Part shown: positions 18,058 to 26,757 of the stretch, one piece after another
How the letters are laid out: each line of letters begins with the position of its first letter
Numbering within the stretch: position 1 is the stretch's first letter
DNA from: Pirellulaceae bacterium
Lineage (GTDB): Bacteria > Planctomycetota > Planctomycetia > Pirellulales > Pirellulaceae
Reading direction: 5' to 3'
Assembly: GCA_031411055.1 (NCBI GenBank)
Contig: JANOAI010000229.1
Location: 2,271-66,270 of the forward strand
Length of the DNA: 64,000 nucleotides
Position numbers and translations under genes: made by a program
Notes under the pieces: generated by a model
Told to the model about the DNA's origin: nothing
What the model saw: the letters and a program-made list of their open reading frames with translations, nothing else
The model's database searches: none

Positions 18058-18152
18058 CTCATGAAATATTGAAATTTAGCCGATACTTCCAGAACTAGCC
18101 ATTTTAACAAAACGTCCCAACCCATAGAATAATCGAATCACCGGATCAATTC

Positions 18153-18225
18153 GGGGGTGTAGCTCAGTTGGGAGAGCGCTTGCTTTGCAAGCAAGATGTC
18201 ATGGGTTCAAGTCCCTTCACCTCCA
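18153..18225 (+). tRNA. tRNA-Ala (anticodon TGC)
   Basis: The acceptor stem GGGGGTG/CACCTCC includes the G3:U70 alanine identity pair. The anticodon loop is TTTGCAA and the T loop TTCAAGT. Confidence 0.95.
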
Positions 18226-18229
18226 CTTT

Positions 18230-18282
18230 GGGGATATGCGAGCCGTTGCAAGGAATTGCAGCGATTCGCGTATCCCCTTTTT
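18230..18282 (+). terminator. intrinsic terminator of the tRNA-Ile/Ala unit
   Basis: A 12-bp stem GGGGATATGCGA / TCGCGTATCCCC (one G-U pair) is followed by TTTTT. It begins 5 nt after tRNA-Ala. Confidence 0.7.
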
Positions 18283-18352
18283 CGTTAACGCCTTACATCG
18301 TTCTACCGAATGCATGCCAGAGGGGGACCTCCCTGACCCTCGCCGGTTTTCT

Positions 18353-18560
18353 GGGGCGGCGGTGTCAAGCTTTGATAAATTGCTCCTCTCTGAGTCCGTC
18401 TGAGCAAGGTGCCGCCGATTGGCGCAGGCCCAATGCCATCTACTTTAGCGGTGCGGCGCGAGCCGCCCGGTTCTTGGTTGGCCGTATAACCAAGCCAAAT
18501 ACGAAATACACCGGACAGCTTGCGCTGTTCCGCTACAAAAGTAGATGGCATTGGGCGCAG
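18353..18560. ncRNA. candidate structured RNA or repeat element of unknown class
   Basis: A perfect 19-bp stem (18428-18446 / 18538-18556) is extended by AGCGG/CCGCT. It encloses three hairpins: GCGGC-GCGA-GCCGC (GNRA loop), CCGGT...[CTTGGTT-loop-AACCAAG]...ACCGG, and ACAGC-TTGC-GCTGT. An upstream helix pairs GGCGGC with GCCGCC around TTGCTC...GAGCAA. There is no credible ORF and the strand is unknown. Confidence 0.3.
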
Positions 18561-18755
18561 CACTGTGGACGGGCAAATAAACGCGATTTAACTCCCTAAC
18601 GTTGAAAAACGGGAAAAAAACAGAAACAAAGAATGCATCTATCTGTTTCTGGCAGAATTAGGGACAGTCGAACTAGAGCGATTCTCAATCCATTGCAGCG
18701 TTCCTTCGAGCGTGTTGTTGCAAATAAACTTTAACGGAAGATAGCGTTTCCCTAG

Positions 18756-21038
18756 ATGCCACAAACTTCTACCCGATTCGATTCGACGGATCGATTCCCG
18801 TTGAGCCTTCAGTTGGCTCTCACCATTTTTGTCAGCGCTTTCCTGCTCTTCCAAGTTCAGCCGCTTATCAGCAAGTTCATCTTACCGTGGTTTGGCGGTA
18901 GTCCGGCCGTTTGGACGACGGCCATGCTGTTCTTTCAGTGCACGTTGTTCTTAGGGTATGTGTACTCGCATTTTTTGTTCTGCCGCTTGAGCTTGAGCAA
19001 CCAAGTTCGCGTTCATCTCGTACTGCTCGCGATTGCTTCGGTGATGGCCTTTTTTGTGATTCCGTTGGATTCGTTAAAACCTACCGGAATGGAGGATCCT
19101 ACTCTCCGGATTCTCCTGTTGCTTTCTGTGTGCGTCGGCTTGCCGTACGCGGTTTTATCGACGACGGGCCCTTTGATCCAAGCTTGGTTTTCACGGGCCT
19201 ATCCCGGGCGTTCGCCATTTCGATTGTTCTCGCTATCGAATATTGGCTCACTCCTGGCTCTCGGATCTTTTCCGTTCGTCTTTGAGCCCTTTATGGAGTT
19301 GAAAACGATGGGCCGCTTTTGGATGGGCGGATTTTGGGTTTTTGCGGCCCTCTGTGCGGCCTCTGGCATCGGCATGCTGCGGCGGACCAAGAGTGCGGTC
19401 GTTGCCAAGGATCTTTCCAATCGATCTTCCGATGAAAGAACTCCCTGGTGGTGGGAGCGTCTATCGTGGATCGGGCTTTCAGCTCTGTCGTCGTTGATGT
19501 TTATCGCTACGACAAATCATGTTTGCCATGATATTGCAACGGTCCCGTTTCTTTGGATCATCCCGCTCGCGTTGTACTTAGTGACGTTCATTGTTTGTTT
19601 CGATCATCCTCGATGGTACATTCGACCACTTTGGTGCGGCATGTGCGTCGCGGCCATCCTCGCGCTTGTCGTTCTGGATTTGGATCTAGGATTGATACAG
19701 AATCTCGTCCTTCATTTTGGCACAATGTTTTTGATCTGCATGGTATGCCATGGCGAACTCGCCAAGCTGCGACCGGAAAATCGCCAGCACATTACCGAGT
19801 ACTACTTATTGATCTCCGCGGGTGGAGCATTAGGCGGGTTGTTCATTACGCTGGTGGCGACTCGCTACTTTGAAAAATACTACGAATGGCCAATCGGGCT
19901 GCTTCTGAGCTTTTTGATCGCGGCAAGTGTTCTTGTCTCCGTCATCGCCAACAAGGTTTTGCCTGGTACTTCAAGCCGTTGGTTTTTCGGAATCGTTGTT
20001 TTGGCAACAGGCTATGTGGGATGGCACTTCGACGAGTTCACTTGGATTGAAGAGGACGAAGGTCAAGGAGTCAAAATGCAGGTCTTGTTTCAAGCAAGAA
20101 ATTTCTACGGTACGGTAACGGCTACCGACCGAACTTACGCTCGCCCCATATCGGCAGAGGAGAACTTTGGAGTCGCTCGAGATCGAGACTCGGGTTATCG
20201 AAGTTTTTGGAGTGGCAATGTGCTTCACGGCCTCCAATGGTCGGATCCAAAAAAACAGGATTTGCCACTGACGTACTACGATCGAGAAAGTGGCGTCGGA
20301 AAGACACTCCAATATTGCATCGAGCAAACGCATCGCGATCAGCCTCTCAAGTATGCCGTCGTCGGCCTTGGTTCAGGCGCGTTGGCCGCCTATGCAAGGC
20401 AAGCCGAAGGAAATCGAGTCGCCGACGAATGTGTGATGTATGAAATCAATCCCTTGGTCGAACAGATTGCGCGCGAACATTTTTGGTATTTGCCCAACTA
20501 TGAAAAACGTTTGGGAAAGCCGATCGACGTTCGGTTGGGGGACGCTCGACTGACCATGGAACGCGAATCCGAACAGGCGTACGACGTTATTGTATTGGAC
20601 GCGTTTAGCGGCGACTCCGTGCCAGCACATCTTTTGACGCGTGAAGCATTCGAGATCTATCGAAAGCACCTTAAGAAGAATCAAGACGGGACGATTGCCG
20701 GGAAAATCTGTATTCACATTACGAATACCTATTTGAATCTCTATCCTGTCGTCAAGAATGCCGCGGAACAGGTCATGCAAATGAAGTATACGAGCGTTTA
20801 CAAGAGTAGCGACACACACGAGCGAACAGAACGAAGCCACTACTTCGTGATGACCAACGATCAGGCCTTTTTAGACGCGACGCCGATGGTTCAGCCCTAT
20901 CTCGCAGAACCGCATTCGGATGGCAGTGCGACGGGGCGTAAGCTTGTCGATCAAGATTGGGCAGGCATTCCGCTTTGGACCGATCACTATAGCACGATTT
21001 TTAATATTCTCTGGAGCGAGCCATTCTCGGAACCCTAG
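18756..21038 (+). CDS. fused multi-TM membrane domain / spermidine synthase-like (polyamine aminopropyltransferase family) protein
   Basis: 760 aa. The N-terminal roughly 420 aa are polytopic. The C-terminal class I methyltransferase-like fold has VVGLGSGALAAY, YEINPLVEQIARE and VIVLDAFSGDSVPAHLLTREAF. Confidence 0.7.
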   Translation: MPQTSTRFDSTDRFPLSLQLALTIFVSAFLLFQVQPLISKFILPWFGGSPAVWTTAMLFFQCTLFLGYVYSHFLFCRLSLSNQVRVHLVLLAIASVMAFFVIPLDSLKPTGMEDPTLRILLLLSVCVGLPYAVLSTTGPLIQAWFSRAYPGRSPFRLFSLSNIGSLLALGSFPFVFEPFMELKTMGRFWMGGFWVFAALCAASGIGMLRRTKSAVVAKDLSNRSSDERTPWWWERLSWIGLSALSSLMFIATTNHVCHDIATVPFLWIIPLALYLVTFIVCFDHPRWYIRPLWCGMCVAAILALVVLDLDLGLIQNLVLHFGTMFLICMVCHGELAKLRPENRQHITEYYLLISAGGALGGLFITLVATRYFEKYYEWPIGLLLSFLIAASVLVSVIANKVLPGTSSRWFFGIVVLATGYVGWHFDEFTWIEEDEGQGVKMQVLFQARNFYGTVTATDRTYARPISAEENFGVARDRDSGYRSFWSGNVLHGLQWSDPKKQDLPLTYYDRESGVGKTLQYCIEQTHRDQPLKYAVVGLGSGALAAYARQAEGNRVADECVMYEINPLVEQIAREHFWYLPNYEKRLGKPIDVRLGDARLTMERESEQAYDVIVLDAFSGDSVPAHLLTREAFEIYRKHLKKNQDGTIAGKICIHITNTYLNLYPVVKNAAEQVMQMKYTSVYKSSDTHERTERSHYFVMTNDQAFLDATPMVQPYLAEPHSDGSATGRKLVDQDWAGIPLWTDHYSTIFNILWSEPFSEP

Positions 21039-21048
21039 GCTTTGTCGC

Positions 21049-21384
21049 TCAGATCATTGCCTCATCGCCTAGTTCGCCAAGCTGGCTAAGGAGTTCGCTC
21101 ATTTCAGCGGCGGCATGACCATCGTTTTGTCGTCGAGCTTCCTCGATTCCGTCGCGCAAGAAGGATCTTGCTTCCGTGATACGCTCTAGTTCGACCAGTT
21201 GTTGCCCGGCCATGAAGAATGCTGGTACATACGGCTTGGCCTGCTGCGTCAGCGTTCGCAACTTGCCGATACTATCGTCATGCGATTCCTCTTTACGCAG
21301 TTCCATTGCCAACGAGTATCGTAGAAAGTCATCGTTGGGATCGTCGAGCAACATGGCTTCGATTCGTTCGCGCCGCGACGTCAT
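21049..21384 (-). CDS. small TPR-like repeat protein
   Basis: 111 aa and helical. It reads DPNDDFLRYSLAMELRKE...YVPAFFMAGQQLVELERITEARSFL. Its start overlaps the upstream gene stop (ATGA). Confidence 0.55.
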   Translation of the reverse strand: MTSRRERIEAMLLDDPNDDFLRYSLAMELRKEESHDDSIGKLRTLTQQAKPYVPAFFMAGQQLVELERITEARSFLRDGIEEARRQNDGHAAAEMSELLSQLGELGDEAMI

Positions 21385-22640
21385 GAGCTCGGCCCCGAAG
21401 GAGGCGTCGGACTGGCGGAATCGCCAGCCGAAGGAGTCGCAATCGGTTCAACCGCCGAATGACTCGATGGTAGAGTTGTATTCGTCGATTCGACGGATGG
21501 AGTCGTTGAAACTACTTGGTTTGACGCTGCATCCATCTCGGGTTTGGGCGGTGGCCCGTGCTTGGACTTTGGAGCAAAGACAAGGACCATGACCGCGCCG
21601 GCAATGACGGTTGCAAGTGAAGCGGCGAACAGAGGATCCATCTTATGAAGCTGATTCGAGATCCATAAGGTTGTTAAGGTATTGATGACGGGAGCAAATC
21701 CGAAAACGAGTGGCATGACGAAGATTGGTTTGCCACCGGCGTTGAAAGCCAAGATAATCCCAAGTGCGCCAATCGCACCGGCCGTTCCGGCTGCCACTGA
21801 CCAAAGCATGCCAGGCACTGTCCAAGTACTTCCGGTTCGATCTATCGACAACATAGAAAGTGGTAACAATACCGCGATCAAGAAATAGGCCAAACCAACG
21901 CAGCAAAAAGGACGAAGGCGTGATCCGCCCATCTTCATTTGCCCGAGATGAAGAACAGGTCCGTACGAACCCCAGCAAACGATCGCCATAACAATCGACA
22001 GGACGACGTAAACATAGTTGGTCGTCTTCTCGGGCGAAGTCGAATGAGGTTTGTTGCTCGAAGCGACTGCTTCGGCTTTCGTTTCAGCCGAGGCATTGAA
22101 ACTAGCAAAGCTTACGGGATTCAACGATGGAGCGACTTGAAAACTCATTGCTTTGGCAGGTTCCGTTTGCGGTTTGGGGGGATGTGGTTTCTTGCTGAGT
22201 ACGCCGACCATCCCAACGCCGACTAAGATCATGCCGATGACAAAGAGCGGCGTAATTTTATTGAACGTCTTGCCAAGCCACGAAGTAAAAAGGGTGTTTA
22301 CAACAGGAGCGCCTCCAAAGATGAGCGGCATGACATAGACCGGCTCGCCTCCGAAGGCTAATGCGAGAATCACGCCCAACGCTCCGAGCGCTCCGACGGC
22401 GCCGGCGATCAGAGAAAGGATTGTTCCCGAGAAGGACCAATGTCCCTTCTCTTTGGTTCCGCCAAGCATGGCACCCGCCCCCAAGACGGCGATCACGAAA
22501 TAGGCGAAGCCAACCCCAACGAAAGGCTTGAGAAAAGCGCCGCCCATCCCTTTCTGCCCATAATTCAACAAAATGCCGTAAACTCCCCAGGCTAAAAAAG
22601 TCATGGCGGTATAAAGAAGTACGAATGGCAGTTTCAGCAT
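21381..22640 (-). CDS. polytopic membrane protein with internal tandem duplication (DMT-like halves)
   Basis: The halves align by eye: LLYTAMTFLAWGVYGILLNYGQKGMGGAFLKPFVGVGFAYFVIAVLGAGAML against VVLSIVMAIVCWGSYGPVLHLGQMKMGGSRLRPFCCVGLAYFLIAVLLPLSML. They are joined by a Pro/Ser-rich linker. The track starts at TTG 22670, but I used ATG 22640. Confidence 0.5.
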   Translation of the reverse strand: MLKLPFVLLYTAMTFLAWGVYGILLNYGQKGMGGAFLKPFVGVGFAYFVIAVLGAGAMLGGTKEKGHWSFSGTILSLIAGAVGALGALGVILALAFGGEPVYVMPLIFGGAPVVNTLFTSWLGKTFNKITPLFVIGMILVGVGMVGVLSKKPHPPKPQTEPAKAMSFQVAPSLNPVSFASFNASAETKAEAVASSNKPHSTSPEKTTNYVYVVLSIVMAIVCWGSYGPVLHLGQMKMGGSRLRPFCCVGLAYFLIAVLLPLSMLSIDRTGSTWTVPGMLWSVAAGTAGAIGALGIILAFNAGGKPIFVMPLVFGFAPVINTLTTLWISNQLHKMDPLFAASLATVIAGAVMVLVFAPKSKHGPPPKPEMDAASNQVVSTTPSVESTNTTLPSSHSAVEPIATPSAGDSASPTPPSGPSS

Positions 22641-22855
22641 AGGTTGAGCTTGTAGCGAAGAAAAAAACAATGGAGCCGGGGTCGCTTGCGGACGCTGACC
22701 TTCTATCTTAGTTGACGTGGCAACATTTGGGCACCAGCTTCCAATTTGAGACAGTAATCTCGATTCGAGATCGCAAACAGGGATTGGAAACAGAGAATGC
22801 GAGATAGCGCGCTCAAGCAGTTCCTAAGTAGCTGTAGCGTTTTTCCAACGCGATT

Positions 22856-22943
22856 GTAGCCGAGCTGCGCGAGCAGCCGGGCGTATTGCCGCGTGGCAAA
22901 TCCGCCCTTCGAATCCGCCGAGCTGCTCGCGCAGCACCGCTAC
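22856..22943. repeat. long imperfect inverted repeat (REP/MITE-like)
   Basis: The arms are GTAGCCGAGCTGCGCGAGCAGC (22856-22877) and GCTGCTCGCGCAGCACCGCTAC (22922-22943). They share a 14-nt perfect core. The inner hairpin is TTGCC-GCGT-GGCAA. Confidence 0.6.
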
Positions 22944-23050
22944 TGATTGGAATTTACTCGCTACACCAATTCAAGAATGGCTCTAGCCCGGGCGAATCGT
23001 CTTCACCCATTCGGGATATTTGAGTTTGTCAGCCCAAAAGCTGCAAAGAA

Positions 23051-23311
23051 TCAGCGATTCGATGGCTTGGATAGGGGCGATTTCCAACGTTTAGCCTTCG
23101 TAAAACCACGCATTCGCGTCTGGCCACAGGCATCGCATTGGACCAGTTCAAAATACTTGAAAAACCCCAAGGTCAGGATTTTGAGGGCCAATCGGGTTTG
23201 AGGCGCGCAAACCAAAGAATGCTCGTCGTTTCTCAGGCAGTTTTTGCAGTAAACATAAGCATGCTCGGAATTTTTTGGGGTGGAAAGCATGGTGGTTATC
23301 GTGCGAGACAT
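23051..23311 (-). CDS. hypothetical small zinc-ribbon-like protein
   Basis: 86 aa from the internal ATG. It has two CxxC pairs (CKNC ... CDAC) flanking a hydrophobic stretch LALKILTLGFFKYF. It is the only candidate ORF in a 1-kb gap, and I recognise no homology. Confidence 0.3.
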   Translation of the reverse strand: MSRTITTMLSTPKNSEHAYVYCKNCLRNDEHSLVCAPQTRLALKILTLGFFKYFELVQCDACGQTRMRGFTKAKRWKSPLSKPSNR

Positions 23312-23678
23312 AAATAATCTGCGAGGGAACGAATCGAACGAAAAATCGTCTAGAACGCGTATCGAAAAACTTGCGAAACCGCCAATCAAAATCCAGTCTA
23401 GTTGGGACGTTTTGAAGCAAATTTCTAAGTCGATCGGTTACGTGCGTTTTTTTAAATTAGTTCGCGATGGGAGCCGACTTTCTTGATTGTTCCAATTCTG
23501 ACGGCTTATCAGGAAAGCAATCTCTTCACCTTCTTCACCAACGAAATCGGCTTTCCGGTCAAGAGCAAGTTTCGGACCGTTCCCGGAACGCCATACGGCA
23601 TTCAAGAAAACGAGGGTTGCTGGTAAGATCAACCGTCGTCAAAAAACTAGTGTTTTCGTCGTTTTTCTAGCATTCCCT

Positions 23679-25259
23679 ATGGCTTCATCGTCCGACCACG
23701 TTTCCGTCCAACGAGCTATTATTAGTGTTAGTGATAAGCTGGGGCTCGTTGATTTTGCGACTGGTCTTCGGGCCAAAGGGGTCGAGATCTTCAGCACAGG
23801 GGGGACACGAAGCCACCTTCAGGCGAGTGGCATCGAAGTCCATGACATCGCGGAATACACCGGTTTTCCTGAGATGATGGGGGGCCGCATCAAGACGCTT
23901 CATCCCAAAGTTTTCGGTGGAATCCTCGGTCGGCGAGATTTAACCGAGGACATGGGAGCGATGTCCGAACACGGGATCAAAGCCTTTGATCTGGTCGTAG
24001 TGAACCTGTACCCGTTCCAAGAGACGATTGCTCGACCGGGAGTAACTTGCGAAGAAGCCATCGAGCAAATCGATATCGGCGGCCCCAGCCTCATCCGTGC
24101 GGCGGCCAAAAACCATGCGTTCGTTACCGTCGCGACTCGCCCGGAACAGTATTCTGTCATTCTCGAAGAGATCGAAAACCATGGCGGGACGTCGATGAAA
24201 TTGCGGCGAAGATTAGCGGCGGAATGCTTTGTCGCGACCGCTGCTTACGATAGCGCCATCGCGGACTACTTTGAAATCGAAGCGGGGCACGGCATCTTCC
24301 CGCACGAAACAAATTTACATTTGATCCACAAATCGTCCCTTCGATACGGCGAAAATCCCCATCAACGAGCAGCCTTGTATCGACTCTCACATAATCAAAC
24401 AGCTTCACTCCTGACCGCGCGACAGCTGCATGGTAAAGAACTATCCTATAACAATTATTTGGACCTCGACTCCGCGCTGTCGATCGTCCGCAGCTTTGTT
24501 CGCCCCGCCGCCGTGATTATCAAACACAACAATCCGTGTGGAGCTGCATGGGCACACAAGCTATCGTTTGCTTGTCGCAAAGCATTTGCGGGCGACCCCG
24601 TTTCAGCCTTTGGAGGTGTTGTTGGATTCAACACCACCGTTGATGTCGATACGGCGGAAATGCTTTGTGAACCAGGATTATTCATCGAAGCGATCGTCGC
24701 CCCCGATTATTCAACCGCCGCTCTGGAGATGTTGACGACAAAACCCAAATGGCGAGACAATGTGCGGTTGATGCAGGTTGGCAAACTTGAACCGGTCGGA
24801 CGTTCGCTTGAGTATCGCTTTCTTAATGGTGGTGTTCTTGTCCAAGAGGCAGATACGTTGCCGGCGGCCCAGCTTCAATGGAAAACCGTAACCGAAGTTT
24901 CCGTAGCCGAATCGCTTTGGGAGGACATGGCGTTCGGTTGGGAAATGGTGCGGCATGTGAAGAGCAATGCCATCGTTATCGCCCACGATGCGGCTTTGGC
25001 TGGGGTCGGCGCCGGGCAAATGAGTCGCGTCGACTCGGTTGAGATCGCCATTCAAAAAGCTGGTGATCGCGCTCCAGGAAGTATCCTTGCCTCGGACGCA
25101 TTCTTCCCGTTCCCGGACAGCATTGATCTAGCCGCGAAAGCTGGAATCGTCGCAATCATTCAACCCGGCGGTTCACGCAAAGATGACGATGTCATTGCCG
25201 CTTGCAATCAACACCGCATTCCCATGGTCTTCACCGGACGACGGCACTTTAAGCACTAG
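23679..25259 (+). CDS. purH: bifunctional AICAR transformylase / IMP cyclohydrolase
   Basis: 526 aa. Motifs are RAIISVSDKLGLVDFA, GGRIKTLHPKVFGGIL, IDIGGPSLIRAAAKNH and the C-terminal FTGRRHFKH. Confidence 0.95.
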   Translation: MASSSDHVSVQRAIISVSDKLGLVDFATGLRAKGVEIFSTGGTRSHLQASGIEVHDIAEYTGFPEMMGGRIKTLHPKVFGGILGRRDLTEDMGAMSEHGIKAFDLVVVNLYPFQETIARPGVTCEEAIEQIDIGGPSLIRAAAKNHAFVTVATRPEQYSVILEEIENHGGTSMKLRRRLAAECFVATAAYDSAIADYFEIEAGHGIFPHETNLHLIHKSSLRYGENPHQRAALYRLSHNQTASLLTARQLHGKELSYNNYLDLDSALSIVRSFVRPAAVIIKHNNPCGAAWAHKLSFACRKAFAGDPVSAFGGVVGFNTTVDVDTAEMLCEPGLFIEAIVAPDYSTAALEMLTTKPKWRDNVRLMQVGKLEPVGRSLEYRFLNGGVLVQEADTLPAAQLQWKTVTEVSVAESLWEDMAFGWEMVRHVKSNAIVIAHDAALAGVGAGQMSRVDSVEIAIQKAGDRAPGSILASDAFFPFPDSIDLAAKAGIVAIIQPGGSRKDDDVIAACNQHRIPMVFTGRRHFKH

Positions 25260-25399
25260 CGTTTAAAAGGGGCTTCGACACGCTTCGAGGCGGAGGTGTT
25301 TTCATCCAGTGTCGCCGTTCTCTCCGAGAACGGAGCGTGCATTGCCAGCGATCGTTGCGGTGTTCAACGGCGTTGGAATTACAGCGCTTATGCTTTACG

Positions 25400-25843
25400 C
25401 TACGCCGCCCGACGCACTTGAGCGTGAGTCGTCAATCCAATCGGCACCGAAATGGGGCGTTCATCAGCGCACACAACTTGAATTGCAAGTTGACGAGTCG
25501 CATTGAGTAGGATGGGGCTCTTCAAGTTCATGGTCAACGCATGACCGTTTTTGCTAACGACTGCCAAGACAAAAAACTGATCTTCGTTGTTCAAATGAAG
25601 CAGCGTCAAATCACGTCGCGTAATCTGCACCCGATAGGCGGGATCGAACCGACGAGGACTCACCACCGGAACCGCAATCGCTGGCGAGCCAACGGATTGA
25701 AGCCAAGCTACGTCTTCATTCGAGGGATTCGAAAGGAGTACCCAATGGCGACTGGTTTCAAAACCAATCAGGCCACGCGGCATCAATAGGATGTCGGATT
25801 GATCGAGTTGAATTTGGCCAAAGCGTGTCGATTGAATTTGCAT
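25400..25843 (-). CDS. fliW: flagellar assembly factor FliW
   Basis: MQIQSTRFGQIQLDQSDILLMPRGLIGFETSRHWVLL...WLQSV...NLKSPILLN. ATG 25843 gives 148 aa, the typical FliW length. The longer track ORF (to 26014) would overlap the SDR gene. Confidence 0.8.
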   Translation of the reverse strand: MQIQSTRFGQIQLDQSDILLMPRGLIGFETSRHWVLLSNPSNEDVAWLQSVGSPAIAVPVVSPRRFDPAYRVQITRRDLTLLHLNNEDQFFVLAVVSKNGHALTMNLKSPILLNATRQLAIQVVCADERPISVPIGLTTHAQVRRAA

Positions 25844-25916
25844 GATTGCCTCACTCTGTCTACGCCCGTTCAAGGAACGGTGAACCGTCATCGTTGAAAT
25901 ATCGGCCAACTCGAAT

Positions 25917-26753
25917 TCAATGTTTAGTCCGATTGGTCTGAAAAGTAGGATTGAAGAGACTTGGATGTGCAACGGAGTCTCCAACATCGCTAGCATAGAT
26001 GCTGCGTCCGCCATCCACTGGCAAACAAACGCCCGTCAAGAACTGGTGTTCAGCCAAGAATACTGCGGCTTGAGCCACGTGTTCGGCTGTCCCAAGCCGT
26101 CTGAGAAGACAAGCTTCCAGGATATTTTGCTGAGTCGCTTCTGGCGTATTGTCGTCTAAGAGGACTGGGCCTGGGAGGATGGCATTCACGCGAATATTTG
26201 GGTTGCGTTCGGCAAGTTCGACGGCCAGCGAACGGGTCATCGTCGGTACGCCACCTTTGCTAGCGAAGTAGGCTGCAAAGTCCGAGTAGGGTCGACTCAC
26301 TGCCCAATCTCCGATCAATACGATCGCGCCTCCCGTCGGCTGATTGACCATGGCCAAGCCTGCTTGCTGAGCGCACAGAAATGTCCCGAGCGTGTTGACT
26401 TCCCATTGTGCTCGCAAATCTTCGGCGGTCGTTTCTTCAAATCGCTTCGGCTCCCAGATGGCCGCGGAGTGGACCAAGACATCCAGTCTCCCAAAACGAT
26501 CGCATATTTGTGGTATCCAGTTACGAACCGTGGATTCGTCCGAGATGGAACCGACAACGAGGTGTGCCTCTATCCCTTCGTTCGACCATTGCTCGCCCAG
26601 CCTCTTTCCTTCGTTGATCGATTGGTGTGCGTGGAGCACAATGCGATATCCTTGCTGTGCAAAACGATGGGCGATGACTCGCCCAACCCGGTTTGCTGCA
26701 CTGCCTGTCACGAAAGCCACAGGACTTTCGGTTCCGAACGGGTGTTGATTCAT
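25917..26753 (-). CDS. SDR family oxidoreductase (pteridine-reductase-like)
   Basis: VAFVTGSAANRVGRVIA (Rossmann motif), catalytic YFASK, and PGPV. ATG 26753 lies 4 nt after the rhomboid stop. The track extension to 26852 overlaps the rhomboid gene. Confidence 0.8.
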   Translation of the reverse strand: MNQHPFGTESPVAFVTGSAANRVGRVIAHRFAQQGYRIVLHAHQSINEGKRLGEQWSNEGIEAHLVVGSISDESTVRNWIPQICDRFGRLDVLVHSAAIWEPKRFEETTAEDLRAQWEVNTLGTFLCAQQAGLAMVNQPTGGAIVLIGDWAVSRPYSDFAAYFASKGGVPTMTRSLAVELAERNPNIRVNAILPGPVLLDDNTPEATQQNILEACLLRRLGTAEHVAQAAVFLAEHQFLTGVCLPVDGGRSIYASDVGDSVAHPSLFNPTFQTNRTKH

Positions 26754-26757
26754 GATG

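Noticed and set aside
17845-18152. 16S 3' end or 23S 5' end flanking the Ile/Ala tRNAs.
   Set aside because: No anti-SD tail (GATCACCTCCTT) or other rRNA-like sequence is visible. The flanks are AT-rich spacer and a promoter-like region.
18168-18599. 143-aa ORF, plus 18185..18403 and 18303..18563.
   Set aside because: They start inside tRNA-Ala and run through the terminator and the structured repeat region. They show no protein-like features.
18353-18600. RNase P RNA. Short stretches resemble S-domain motifs of type-A RNase P in the right order: GAGCAAGGTGCCGCCGAT, GGTGCGGCGCGAGCC and CAAGCCAAATA.
   Set aside because: Neither strand carries the universally conserved P4 sequences (GAGGAAAGTCC and ACAGAA.CCGGCTTA). 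The perfect 19-bp helix has no counterpart in RNase P. I also looked for tmRNA (no T-arm or terminal ACCA context), SRP RNA (no GGAA/AGCA domain IV motif) and the cobalamin riboswitch B12 box (GCCACTG), and found none.
23400-23678. ZTP (pfl) riboswitch upstream of purH.
   Set aside because: I could not find the conserved GGGTCGTG / CCGCCTGGGC elements in the 280 nt before the purH start.
25260-25399. csrA next to fliW.
   Set aside because: Only 140 nt is available downstream and 73 nt upstream. No MLVLTRK-type ORF is present in any frame I read.
25844-26014. Longer FliW ORF (204 aa). Likewise the longer SDR ORF (to 26852), the longer asparaginase ORF (to 31626) and the uvrB ATG at 29810.
   Set aside because: Each extension overlaps the 3' end of the upstream gene by 100-150 nt and adds non-homologous residues. 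Internal starts give family-typical lengths and tight or overlapping junctions.
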